Below, piece after piece: positions 9,083 through 18,061 of a stretch of DNA of 64,000 nt. Source of the stretch: Spirochaetota bacterium (GTDB lineage: Bacteria > Spirochaetota > UBA4802 > UBA5550); contig CAXXHB010000003.1 in the NCBI GenBank assembly GCA_963664815.2, positions 2,784,001 through 2,848,000 of the forward strand. Reading direction: 5' to 3'. The translations under genes and the position numbers were made by a program. The notes beneath the pieces are model-generated. The model was given only the letters and a program-made list of their open reading frames with translations, had not been told where the DNA came from and did not search any database. Numbering within the stretch: position 1 is the first letter of the stretch; each line of letters starts with the position of its first letter.

Positions 9083-9288
9083 ACCTGAACCTTTTATACA
9101 TTTATAAAATGCCGAATACAACCGGTTAACTATTTTTTAAGCTATTGTCAGGATAAATTCCACTATTTTTTTGTTATTACAGGAAAAAAATGGCTAAATC
9201 CACCCCTCTGTGTTAAATCCGCAAAAGGAATTATTCTTGAAAAAATTATTCCCGGTTAATAAATTATCTTTTAAAAAGGGGAACATCC

Positions 9289-9957
9289 ATGAAACGTATA
9301 ATATTCTTCTGCATGTTCATTTTTACACTTGCATTTATCACATATACTGCTAATTCCGAATCGGAAGAGAGATTCGCAGATGCAAAAGCCGGCCTTGTAA
9401 TGAGAGAGACACCTGCAGCCAGCGGCAAAAAAATCTGCGTAATCCCCAATGGTGAGGTTGTTGACCTGATTGAAGAGACGGGTGAATCCGTTACTATTGC
9501 CGGTAAAAGCGGCAAATGGTCAAAAGTTAAATGGAATGATACAACCGGCTGGGTTTTCGGCGGCTTTCTGAAAAGCCCCGGGGACTTCGACACCATCCCG
9601 GTCTTTGACAGGTTTACCGGAAAGACATACGGTTTTCTCCTTAATGAAGATGAAAGGGCCGATGAGCTCACAATTACAGTGTACAGGGAGGGTACTTTCG
9701 AAGGTTCATGCTACCTCCACGGCAGCGGTGAGTCGAAGTTCAGCGGAAAGTATAAAAGCGCCGAGAAAGACCATGTCCTTACCTTTACGCTTAACGGCAA
9801 TGTTGACGGTGTTGTTGTTGCTGAAACAGAGGAAAAATTTACAAGGAAGATATCCAACTTGAAGTTTACAGTCAGTTACAAAGATGAAAAATTCTACGGT
9901 ACATTATATATACCATCCTGCGAAGGCTTCACCGGCAGGGAGATGGTGGAAAAATAG
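9289..9957 (+). CDS. Exported SH3-domain protein
   Basis: Signal peptide; 'GLVMRETP...IPNGEVV...WSKVKWNDTTGWVFGGFL'. Confidence 0.82.
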   Translation: MKRIIFFCMFIFTLAFITYTANSESEERFADAKAGLVMRETPAASGKKICVIPNGEVVDLIEETGESVTIAGKSGKWSKVKWNDTTGWVFGGFLKSPGDFDTIPVFDRFTGKTYGFLLNEDERADELTITVYREGTFEGSCYLHGSGESKFSGKYKSAEKDHVLTFTLNGNVDGVVVAETEEKFTRKISNLKFTVSYKDEKFYGTLYIPSCEGFTGREMVEK

Positions 9958-9990
9958 ACCTTGCAATAAATATCGTCTCCGGAGATAATA

Positions 9991-10584
9991 ATGAAAAAGC
10001 TTTCAACTACGCTCTTTGTCGTTTTTATAATACTGCTATCCACGCAGTTTATACGTAATGCCTATGATTCCGTCTTCTACAGCAGGCACTCTGTTCTTGA
10101 TAAATCCGATAAAGACGCGGAGATAAACCTCGACAGTTCACTTTCACTTAAAGAACTCTCAATGATTTACGCCGATGCGGAGAAGAGGATCAAGCTTATT
10201 GAAAGCGGCAAAGGAAAAGATAAGTCCGGCAAATATACAAGCGGAGAGGATCCCTATGCAAGAAGGGTTAAAATACAGGAGCTGATACTGACGCGGGAAT
10301 CAAACAACAGGTCAATCACTGAACTGCTTTTTTTCTGGATTACCGGCATTATCCTCGCAGCGGGCGGTTCATTTCTCTACATGAAGTCCGAAAGATGGAC
10401 AGGTGTTGCCCTTGTAATCTCAGGCTTTACAGAGATGATATGGATAACCGGGCCTCTCTTCTTTCTTTCGAGGGTAAAACCGGAGACGTTTCTGGTTCTT
10501 AATATTAAACTGCTGCTCACAGCTTTAACCCTTGCAGCGGTAATACTATACTGGATATTTTTCAGGAAGTATATGGAGAAATAA
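9991..10584 (+). CDS. Hypothetical membrane protein (4 TM plus a periplasmic helical loop)
   Basis: Hydrophobic segments; GGAG RBS. Confidence 0.7.
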   Translation: MKKLSTTLFVVFIILLSTQFIRNAYDSVFYSRHSVLDKSDKDAEINLDSSLSLKELSMIYADAEKRIKLIESGKGKDKSGKYTSGEDPYARRVKIQELILTRESNNRSITELLFFWITGIILAAGGSFLYMKSERWTGVALVISGFTEMIWITGPLFFLSRVKPETFLVLNIKLLLTALTLAAVILYWIFFRKYMEK

Positions 10585-10614
10585 ACCTCTTTCTACATAA
10601 GCCCCCGCACCGGT

Positions 10615-11859
10615 TCACTCCTCAGGGTAACGCCGTGCTATAGAGGCGAAATATTCATAATTCTCCATAAATATGTCAACAAGTTCAGGATCAAACTTCT
10701 TCCCCGAATCCTTTTTTATTTCTTTCAGTACATCCTCCTGCGTCCATGGCTCTTTATAAACCCTTTTTGATGAAAGCGCGTCATACACATCCGCAAGGGC
10801 AACTATTCTGCCGTAGACAGGTATCTCCTCCCCTTTTTTCCCCTCAATTTTATCGTCAACACAGGCGTTCATAAGATCGCCGGTTTCAATATCTATATAC
10901 CCGGGGTAACCGCTGCCATCCCAGTTTTCATGGTGGTTAAGCGCAACCAGTGACGCCATTTCGTCGAACTCAGAATGCATGTGGTTAAATAGTTTTGCGC
11001 CTATCCAGGTGTGGCTTTTCATTATGCAGAACTCTTCTTCGGTAAAGCGTGCGGGTTTTTTAAGTATAAGGTCGGAAATCCCCACCTTCCCCACATCATG
11101 GAGCATTGCCGCCATACGCAGTATATCCCTGTTATGTTCTATTTCCGGCTCAGGAATTCCTTTTCTGTGCGCCCACCTTTCGTAAAGTTCAACTGAAAGG
11201 GATGCAACCCTGTTTACGTGCGGACCGGTCTCCTTCGGATCCCTAAGTTCCGCCATGCTTATCATGCGGAGTATAAGATCGCGGGTCATCCTCGCGCGCT
11301 GCAGCACCATACTTGCCGAATTGGCAAAATGAAGAGCAAGCTGCTCATCCCTGGCGTTGAAGCTCCCTATGCCGCCGGTGGAATTACTGCCGTTTTCATC
11401 AGGCCTGACCGCGTTTATAATCTGCATAACCCCCATCACCTCATTCCGGTTTGTTTTCAGCGGAATGGATAGTATTGACCTTGTTACATAACCGGTTTTT
11501 TTATCGTTGGTTGAATCAAACCTGTATGGAGCATCAGCGCGGATATTATATGCGTCGGGAATATTTACAATCTCCCCTGTTGCAGCCACATAACCGGATA
11601 TTGAATTATGGTTAATTTTAGTCCTGAATGTTGTATACATCAGCTTCTGACCCGGGGGAAGTTTTCTCTGTATCGATTCTGTCTGTACATGACTGAAGAT
11701 CAGCTCATCCTTCTCTTTTATCTGTATTGATCCCGCATCGGAACTGAGAAAAATCCTTGCTTCGAGCAGTATCTTTTCAAGGAGAAAGTCAAGATCCTGA
11801 ATGGTATTCAGCTCCACGCTTAACTTTATTATTTCCTGTAACTGCTGATCATTATTCAT
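10615..11859 (-). CDS. GAF + HD-GYP cyclic-dinucleotide phosphodiesterase
   Basis: GAF 'SISGYVAATGEIVNIPDAY'; ETGPH, LHDVGK, HHENWDGSGYP, ADVYDAL; start moved to MNNDQ. Confidence 0.93.
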   Translation of the reverse strand: MNNDQQLQEIIKLSVELNTIQDLDFLLEKILLEARIFLSSDAGSIQIKEKDELIFSHVQTESIQRKLPPGQKLMYTTFRTKINHNSISGYVAATGEIVNIPDAYNIRADAPYRFDSTNDKKTGYVTRSILSIPLKTNRNEVMGVMQIINAVRPDENGSNSTGGIGSFNARDEQLALHFANSASMVLQRARMTRDLILRMISMAELRDPKETGPHVNRVASLSVELYERWAHRKGIPEPEIEHNRDILRMAAMLHDVGKVGISDLILKKPARFTEEEFCIMKSHTWIGAKLFNHMHSEFDEMASLVALNHHENWDGSGYPGYIDIETGDLMNACVDDKIEGKKGEEIPVYGRIVALADVYDALSSKRVYKEPWTQEDVLKEIKKDSGKKFDPELVDIFMENYEYFASIARRYPEE

Positions 11860-12053
11860 AATAGTAAACCTTCTGCTGATATATCTAATATACAGCATTA
11901 ATATAAAATTTTCAACCAAAAACAGATTATTATGCCGAAGATATAATTCCGGTCAACTTAAATATATAATTTTTGATATTTATTATTAAATATTGTAATG
12001 CATTATCAACCGGTTTTTCTTGACTTTTATCAATATTAATTTATAAATTCTTA

Positions 12054-12150
12054 TTATAACAGAAAATACTCTATTCTCACCGCCGCCGAAGACGGAGGCG
12101 GGATACAATCGTTTATTTTTAATAAAATATATGTTCAGGTATTATCATTG
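12054..12150 (+). repeat. Dispersed non-coding element, copy 1
   Basis: ~74/98 identity (hand alignment) to revcomp of 32189-32286. Confidence 0.7.
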
Positions 12151-12289
12151 GACTTTTATAATACATCAGGATTATTATTTACCTGAATCAGTTAATTAAC
12201 ATATAACGGATAGACGGTATTTACTCATTCCGTAAATTGTTTATATTTCTCATGTACACGACATCAGATTTTACAAACGGAGGTATACT

Positions 12290-12802
12290 ATGAAACCGGG
12301 TTTAATGATATCTTTAATGTCAATGGCTGTAATCGGTTCCGGAGGGACGTCTGCAATGACGGTTTCATCTGATTCTTTCAGGAACGGCGAATATCTTTCA
12401 AAGGAGTTTTCATGCGAGGGGGAGGATCGCTCTCCGGATATCAGGTGGACATATTCCGGCAGTGCGGAGAGTTTTGCCCTGATCTGTGAAGACCCCGATG
12501 CGCCGGGCGGCTCCTTTGTTCACTGGGTAATTTACAGCATACCGGGAGATGTCAGGGAGCTTAAAAAAGCATTCCCCGCATTTCCGCTAAAAGACGGAAT
12601 ATTTCAGGGCATCAACGATTTCAGCACAGCCGGATACAAAGGCCCCTGCCCTCCGAAAGGGAAGGCGCACAGATATATTTTTACCGTTTATGCGCTTGAC
12701 ATAAAACCGGAACAGCCGGAACTTACTGCAGAATCACTGAAATCATTAATACAGGGTCATACGCTCATAAGCGCATCAATTACGGGAATGTACAAGAGAT
12801 AG
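12290..12802 (+). CDS. YbhB/YbcL (PEBP/RKIP-like) protein
   Basis: DPDAP, FVHW, GYKGPCPP..HRYIFTVYALD. Confidence 0.95.
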   Translation: MKPGLMISLMSMAVIGSGGTSAMTVSSDSFRNGEYLSKEFSCEGEDRSPDIRWTYSGSAESFALICEDPDAPGGSFVHWVIYSIPGDVRELKKAFPAFPLKDGIFQGINDFSTAGYKGPCPPKGKAHRYIFTVYALDIKPEQPELTAESLKSLIQGHTLISASITGMYKR

Positions 12803-12804
12803 AG

Positions 12805-13413
12805 ATGATAACATCACAGGAAGTTCTTTTTTTTATTAATACCTTTATCAAGTTCTTTTTTCTCCTTACGCCGTTCTTTGCCCTCAGCATGTTTCTTACC
12901 ATGACCGAGGGTATGGAGAACAGTTCAAGGAGAAATCTCTCGCTTAAAATAACGGCATCTGTCTATATAACATGTATAATACTCTTCCTTTTCGGTAAAG
13001 AGATATTCAGTATCTTCGGCATCACCATAGATGCCTTCAGGATAGGGACAGGCTCCCTCCTTTTTATCACAGCAGCCGGTCTGGTTAATTCAAAAATGGC
13101 TCAGTCAGCCTATAACTACGAGGATGATATTGCCGTTGTTCCCCTCTCCATACCTGTAATCGTGGGGCCGGCTACAATAGGGGCCATACTGGTCATGGGG
13201 GTCGAAATAGAGACATTCAGGCTTAAGGTAATCGGGCTCTCCGCTCTTTTTACATCAATTTTTGTTGTCGGGCTGATGCTATATCTCTCATCCAGCCTTG
13301 AGCAAATACTGAAGAAAAAAGGTTTGACTATTATAAGTAAAATTACCGGCCTTATACTGTCCGCACTGGCGGCACAGCTTGTCTTTACCGGTATAAAAAA
13401 CTTCCTGAAGTAA
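12805..13413 (+). CDS. marC: MarC-family membrane protein
   Basis: 'IFGITIDAFRIGTG', 'IAVVPLSIPVIVGPATI'. Confidence 0.9.
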   Translation: MITSQEVLFFINTFIKFFFLLTPFFALSMFLTMTEGMENSSRRNLSLKITASVYITCIILFLFGKEIFSIFGITIDAFRIGTGSLLFITAAGLVNSKMAQSAYNYEDDIAVVPLSIPVIVGPATIGAILVMGVEIETFRLKVIGLSALFTSIFVVGLMLYLSSSLEQILKKKGLTIISKITGLILSALAAQLVFTGIKNFLK

Positions 13414-13579
13414 GGTTATCATATTAAATTTTCCCGTCCCGCACCGGTGACGGATGTGAAATAAATTAACAGCAGAACAATGAACCGGTGAATTATATCA
13501 TGAAAAGATCAGATGCCGGCCCGATATTCAGTGGAAAATAATTCATGGAAAAGTTAAATATATATAAAGGATCCTTAAA

Positions 13580-14251
13580 ATGTTAAACAAAAAAAACCTG
13601 CTGACTTCTTTAACTGTAATCATGCTTGGAATTCTCATCACAACGCCGGTAAAGCTCAACGCAGGGCTCAATTCTGATCTTATAACTGCCGCCAGAAGCG
13701 GGAAACTGAGTGATGTTAAGGCTCTTCTTCAGAGAGATGCAAGTCCCAACACGAGGAATGAGGATGGATTTTCACCTTTGTACTATGCCGTGGAATCGGG
13801 AAATGCCGACATGGTGAAGATTCTTATAAGCGCAGGGGCAAATGTAAACATGCGGTACAGAGACGGCACAACCTCCCTTATGCAGGCTTCCGTGAAGGGA
13901 TACGAAAGTATTGCTCGAATGATAATTCAGGCCGGGGCAAACGTAAACGCCCGGGACAGCAATGATAAATCGGTGCTTATACATGCCGTGCAGAACGGAC
14001 GTATTGAAATTGTAAAGATGATACTTGTTAAAGGCGTTAATATAAACTCATCCGACAACAGGGGCCGTTCACCGATTATGTATGCAGCTGAATACGGCTA
14101 TCTGGATCTGATTAATCTTCTTGCCGGAAAAGGCGCCAATATCAAGGCCAGGGATAACAGTGATAAAACAGCTCTGCTCCTTGCACAGGAGGGTGGTCAT
14201 AAAGAAGCCGCCCTTCTTCTTGAAAAGCTGATAAAGAAAAGTAACAACTGA
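13580..14251 (+). CDS. Exported ankyrin-repeat protein
   Basis: Signal peptide; ~5-6 ANK repeats (GFSPLYYA..GANVN). Confidence 0.92.
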   Translation: MLNKKNLLTSLTVIMLGILITTPVKLNAGLNSDLITAARSGKLSDVKALLQRDASPNTRNEDGFSPLYYAVESGNADMVKILISAGANVNMRYRDGTTSLMQASVKGYESIARMIIQAGANVNARDSNDKSVLIHAVQNGRIEIVKMILVKGVNINSSDNRGRSPIMYAAEYGYLDLINLLAGKGANIKARDNSDKTALLLAQEGGHKEAALLLEKLIKKSNN

Positions 14252-14350
14252 TTGAACCGGAAAGTCCCCCCGTTACGACCATTTAACAGGGAAATCTTTC
14301 CGCAGACTGGATCAGGGTATAACTTATATTGTTAAAGCGGAGGATGCTCA

Positions 14351-14788
14351 ATGTATAACAAAAATTTTTATTCTGTAAATCTTCTTATCCGGCTTCTTAT
14401 ACCGTTATTTTTTGTTGCATGCGCGGCAGAGGTAAAAAAAACAGTCACTCCCCCTCCGGAGGAAAATGTAAAAGTATATTACGGCAAAGCTGTGATCACC
14501 GGCATTACAGATTCCGGTGATACCTCCGCTGCCGATAAAAGGGGTTACATGGAGATCTACTTTGACTATTTTCCCGACGATCCCGGCGCACTGAAAAAAT
14601 ATCTCTGCACCGGATGTCCCGACACAGGGAAAAAACTTTTCTACGACAACAGGGAGAATTTCCATGCCAACTGGATAAAGAAATGGGATATAAAGCAGGG
14701 TAACGCGTACAGCGCAATACGGCGTGAAGAGTTGAAAAACGGAAGACCCGATGTTTCCTACGAGGTATTTCTCGAACAGAGGAGATAG
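14351..14788 (+). CDS. Hypothetical lipoprotein
   Basis: FFVAC lipobox-like signal; GGAGG RBS; CTGC motif. Confidence 0.65.
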   Translation: MYNKNFYSVNLLIRLLIPLFFVACAAEVKKTVTPPPEENVKVYYGKAVITGITDSGDTSAADKRGYMEIYFDYFPDDPGALKKYLCTGCPDTGKKLFYDNRENFHANWIKKWDIKQGNAYSAIRREELKNGRPDVSYEVFLEQRR

Positions 14789-14835
14789 AGAATCAGCTGT
14801 TAAACGATTCATTATAAAACATCCGGAAGGCCCTT

Positions 14836-15375
14836 ATGAAAAAAATTATTTTTTTATTTCTGATTATACTTATTTTTTCCCGGTGCGGTGAACAGGTAAA
14901 AGACACTCCGGGCGATGTACACAGTTTCAGTAGTACAACAGAGAATACAAAACCATCCACGGAAAAGATAGACGACTCCGAGACTTTCGAGATAATCTTT
15001 ACACTTGAAAAACCAGCTGACTGTATTTCTGTTGAAATTGAATCGGTATCTCTTCAGAAAACCTTCCCTGTTCAGAAAACACCAAGAAAGACTTTCTTCA
15101 TCGTGGAAAAAAAGCTCTCTCTTCCCGGGCTTAAACTTAAACCTGACAGGCAGTTTATTGCAATCGGCAGAAATTTTAATAATAACTGGGAAACCTTTTC
15201 ACCCGCAAAAATATGCAGCAATATAAATGATCCCATATCAAGACTCGATCTCTCAGAGTACAGGATAAGATTCACCATATTTGAAAAAACTGAATTCTAC
15301 TATATTATAACAATATCATCCCAATCAAAGGTAATATTCCGGGAAACAGCAACCCCTTCAGTTAAAAAGATATGA
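14836..15375 (+). CDS. Hypothetical lipoprotein
   Basis: MKK-hydrophobic-FSRC signal. Confidence 0.65.
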   Translation: MKKIIFLFLIILIFSRCGEQVKDTPGDVHSFSSTTENTKPSTEKIDDSETFEIIFTLEKPADCISVEIESVSLQKTFPVQKTPRKTFFIVEKKLSLPGLKLKPDRQFIAIGRNFNNNWETFSPAKICSNINDPISRLDLSEYRIRFTIFEKTEFYYIITISSQSKVIFRETATPSVKKI

Positions 15376-15527
15376 ATTCATACCATGCATTTATCATTTG
15401 CAGTATCATAAAAAATTTAACAAAAAATTATAATTGGCAGGGTGTGAAAAGGAGTAACCCCTCATGCTGAATGTCACTAGACTCACTCATGCAGGCGGGG
15501 TTGACTCTCATCGAAGAGAATGGCTGA

Positions 15528-15758
15528 TTACTTGGCAGCTTCTTCTTTCTTTTCTTTTTTAGCTTTTTTCTTTTCTTTTTTAGATTCTTTCTTTTCTTTC
15601 TTTGCTTCTTTCTTCTCTTTCTTCTCTTTCTTCACCTCTTCTTTAGAAACCTCAGGTTTTGTGTCCTGAGCGCTGGCAGTTGTGATGAAAGCAGGGCTTG
15701 TAAATATTGTAAGAACAAGCGCAGCAAGAACAGCAGTTAAAAATTTTTTCATAAACAT
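15528..15758 (-). CDS. Small secreted Lys/Glu-rich protein
   Basis: Signal peptide ending ASA; KKEKKE[AS] heptads; AAGGAG RBS. Confidence 0.8.
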   Translation of the reverse strand: MFMKKFLTAVLAALVLTIFTSPAFITTASAQDTKPEVSKEEVKKEKKEKKEAKKEKKESKKEKKKAKKEKKEEAAK

Positions 15759-15797
15759 TTTCTCCTTTCTTTTATAAATACCGGTTAAACCGGAATT

Positions 15798-16145
15798 TTA
15801 CAAATCATTTAACGATGTAACAAGTTTTTCACCAGGGAGCATTACATAATAATCCTTAACTATTTTAATAGCTACAAGGTTTAATGCTTTACTCTCACTT
15901 ATATTATAAGCTACCTCCACATAAGACCATTGCTTTGGTTTAAAGCGCTCACAAACTTCTTTTGTTGTTCTGAATTGAACAATCCGCGAATCATGCTTAA
16001 CATAGACAGCAAGATGACGGATGCTGGCTTTTACAAGCTGACCCGTTATTTTCTGCACTTCCCCTTTTTCAGCATCTGCAGGTATTGTAAAAGTCATGAA
16101 GAGGATAATTATTAAAAACGATATCAGTCCTGCTGATTTTTTCAT
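15798..16145 (-). CDS. Hypothetical exported protein
   Basis: MKKSAG signal peptide ending ADA; GGGGG RBS. Confidence 0.7.
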   Translation of the reverse strand: MKKSAGLISFLIIILFMTFTIPADAEKGEVQKITGQLVKASIRHLAVYVKHDSRIVQFRTTKEVCERFKPKQWSYVEVAYNISESKALNLVAIKIVKDYYVMLPGEKLVTSLNDL

Positions 16146-16268
16146 ATTACCCCCCTTCAATTTATTAACTTTTTATATAACTGAACTTTTTTATTTAGCT
16201 TAACTTCATATTTATCTTAATTATCTTAACTTCTTATAATCTTAATTATCATCTGATACATATATAAT

Positions 16269-16286
16269 ATGCATTATTCATGCCGG
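16269..16286 (-). promoter_or_regulatory. Putative sigma54 -24/-12 promoter
   Basis: Minus strand CCGGCATGAATAATGCAT has GG-N10-GC and is close to consensus TGGCACG-N4-TTGCW. Confidence 0.55.
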
Positions 16287-16672
16287 TTTAATCAGCTGTA
16301 AAAACGGGCGGATTTAACAGTTTTTGTTAATAAATTACCATTTTATATAATAATGTCATGGTACTTTTACAAAAGTTGCGGTAAAAAAGCCATATAAAAT
16401 ATCATTTCCTTTTAATTCCATCAGGTTTGAAACTGTAAATTCCTGTCTATTGTATGAAATAATAAAATAAAACTGTTGTTTAAACAATTGACAAATAAAA
16501 TGTTAATTTTAACTTTACAGGGGCTTTTATTACTTTTATTAATATTAAAAGCGGCTGAATAAAAAATCTGTTAGCTGCCGTACCGGGTGCAATACCCATA
16601 TTCAACATCCGGTTTTATCAGCCCTTTATTTAATAAAAAATATTTTATGTTAAACACCGGTACTGATAGACA

Positions 16673-17914
16673 ATGAATCCTGTAAACAGCAACGATATCC
16701 CCCAGGATGGGGTAATAGATATCCGGCGCCTGAAGCCCGGCTATCGCTTCAGCCTTGATGTTTTCGACAAGGACAACAACCTTATACTCGAAGCACATAC
16801 TCCGCTTTCCGAAGGTGTATTGAATCATCTCATAACATCCGGCATCGATCACCTCTATTTTGATCCGACAAAGGTCGCCGATAAGGAAAGCGGCCCTGTC
16901 AGGAAAAGTATACTCTCTGAAGAGCTGAAAAATGAAGCCTATGAACACACAAAGAACCTTTTTGAAGAGATGAGGGAAACCTTTACGAAATCCCCCGGTG
17001 AAAGCATCTCAAGGGGGATGGTCGACAGATCGCGCTCATTAGTCGACAGGATTATCAGCGACACAGAGAAGAACGATGACGGAGTGTTTGATGTTGTAAC
17101 CAGGCTTAAGGATATGGATGACTTTTATTATCAGCATTCAATGAATGTAGCTATTATAGCATCAATACTCGGCTCCCGCCTCGATTTCAAGCCTGAAATG
17201 AAATCCGCCATGGGTGTCGGGGGGCTCTTCCATGATATAGGTTTTTCCTCTGTTTCAAAGGATATTCTGCATAAAGCACAGCTGAATGACGATGAGTTTG
17301 ATATCATGAAAAGCCATACGCATGTGGGATACAAGTTTGTTGAAAAAAATCAACGTCTGCACGATATTGAAAAAAGAATACTTCTTCTCCACCATGAACG
17401 GGCTGACGGCGAGGGTTACCCCTACGGATTTGACCTGGATCACTACCAGAATACCGTACCAAGAGAGGTAAGGCTGCTCGGGCTTATTGATACATTTATC
17501 ATACTTACAATGCCCAAACCGGGAGAAACAGCGATGAACCCCAGGGAAGCAATGCGTTTCATGGTAAATATGATTTTTACCCCCTATAAAACATCTTACG
17601 CATTTCTACCTGCCGATGTCAGGGATTTTATGCGGGCTCTCGGCTTTATAATCAATAAAGGGGAGACGTTCATGATACCCGGAGATCTTGTAAGAGTCAA
17701 CACCGGGGAGATCGGAATTGTTGAAGAGATGAACCGCCTCTACCCGCTTAATCCGAAAGTACGGATACTTAAAAACAATAAAATGGAAACATTAAAAAGG
17801 CCTATTACAATTGATCTGCTCAAATCGTATAAGAATTATGTTTCCAATATATATGACCGCAACTCATCCGGTAAGTTTTCAGTTAACAACCAGAACACTG
17901 TAAACAGAACATGA
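16673..17914 (+). CDS. HD-GYP domain protein
   Basis: YQHSMNVA, FHDIG, KSHT, HHERADGEGYP; the C-terminal ADxYDA motif has diverged to IDTFII. Confidence 0.88.
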   Translation: MNPVNSNDIPQDGVIDIRRLKPGYRFSLDVFDKDNNLILEAHTPLSEGVLNHLITSGIDHLYFDPTKVADKESGPVRKSILSEELKNEAYEHTKNLFEEMRETFTKSPGESISRGMVDRSRSLVDRIISDTEKNDDGVFDVVTRLKDMDDFYYQHSMNVAIIASILGSRLDFKPEMKSAMGVGGLFHDIGFSSVSKDILHKAQLNDDEFDIMKSHTHVGYKFVEKNQRLHDIEKRILLLHHERADGEGYPYGFDLDHYQNTVPREVRLLGLIDTFIILTMPKPGETAMNPREAMRFMVNMIFTPYKTSYAFLPADVRDFMRALGFIINKGETFMIPGDLVRVNTGEIGIVEEMNRLYPLNPKVRILKNNKMETLKRPITIDLLKSYKNYVSNIYDRNSSGKFSVNNQNTVNRT

Positions 17915-18061
17915 TTACCAAAGTCCTTATCAGAGTTGTTTCCAGACCTGAGTTTGTGTCCTTTAAAAAGTCATAACAGGGTTTTTTAAGGGACTCCACA
18001 TATTATACCCCGTAAAAATTTGTTCAATGAAACTGTTCTATTATTATAACATGGAGATAAG

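Noticed and set aside
2453-16160. Integron cassette array (short genes with intergenic hairpins such as 14258-14308 and 15452-15507)
   Set aside because: Mixed gene orientation, no RYYYAAC/GTTRRRY boxes and no integrase
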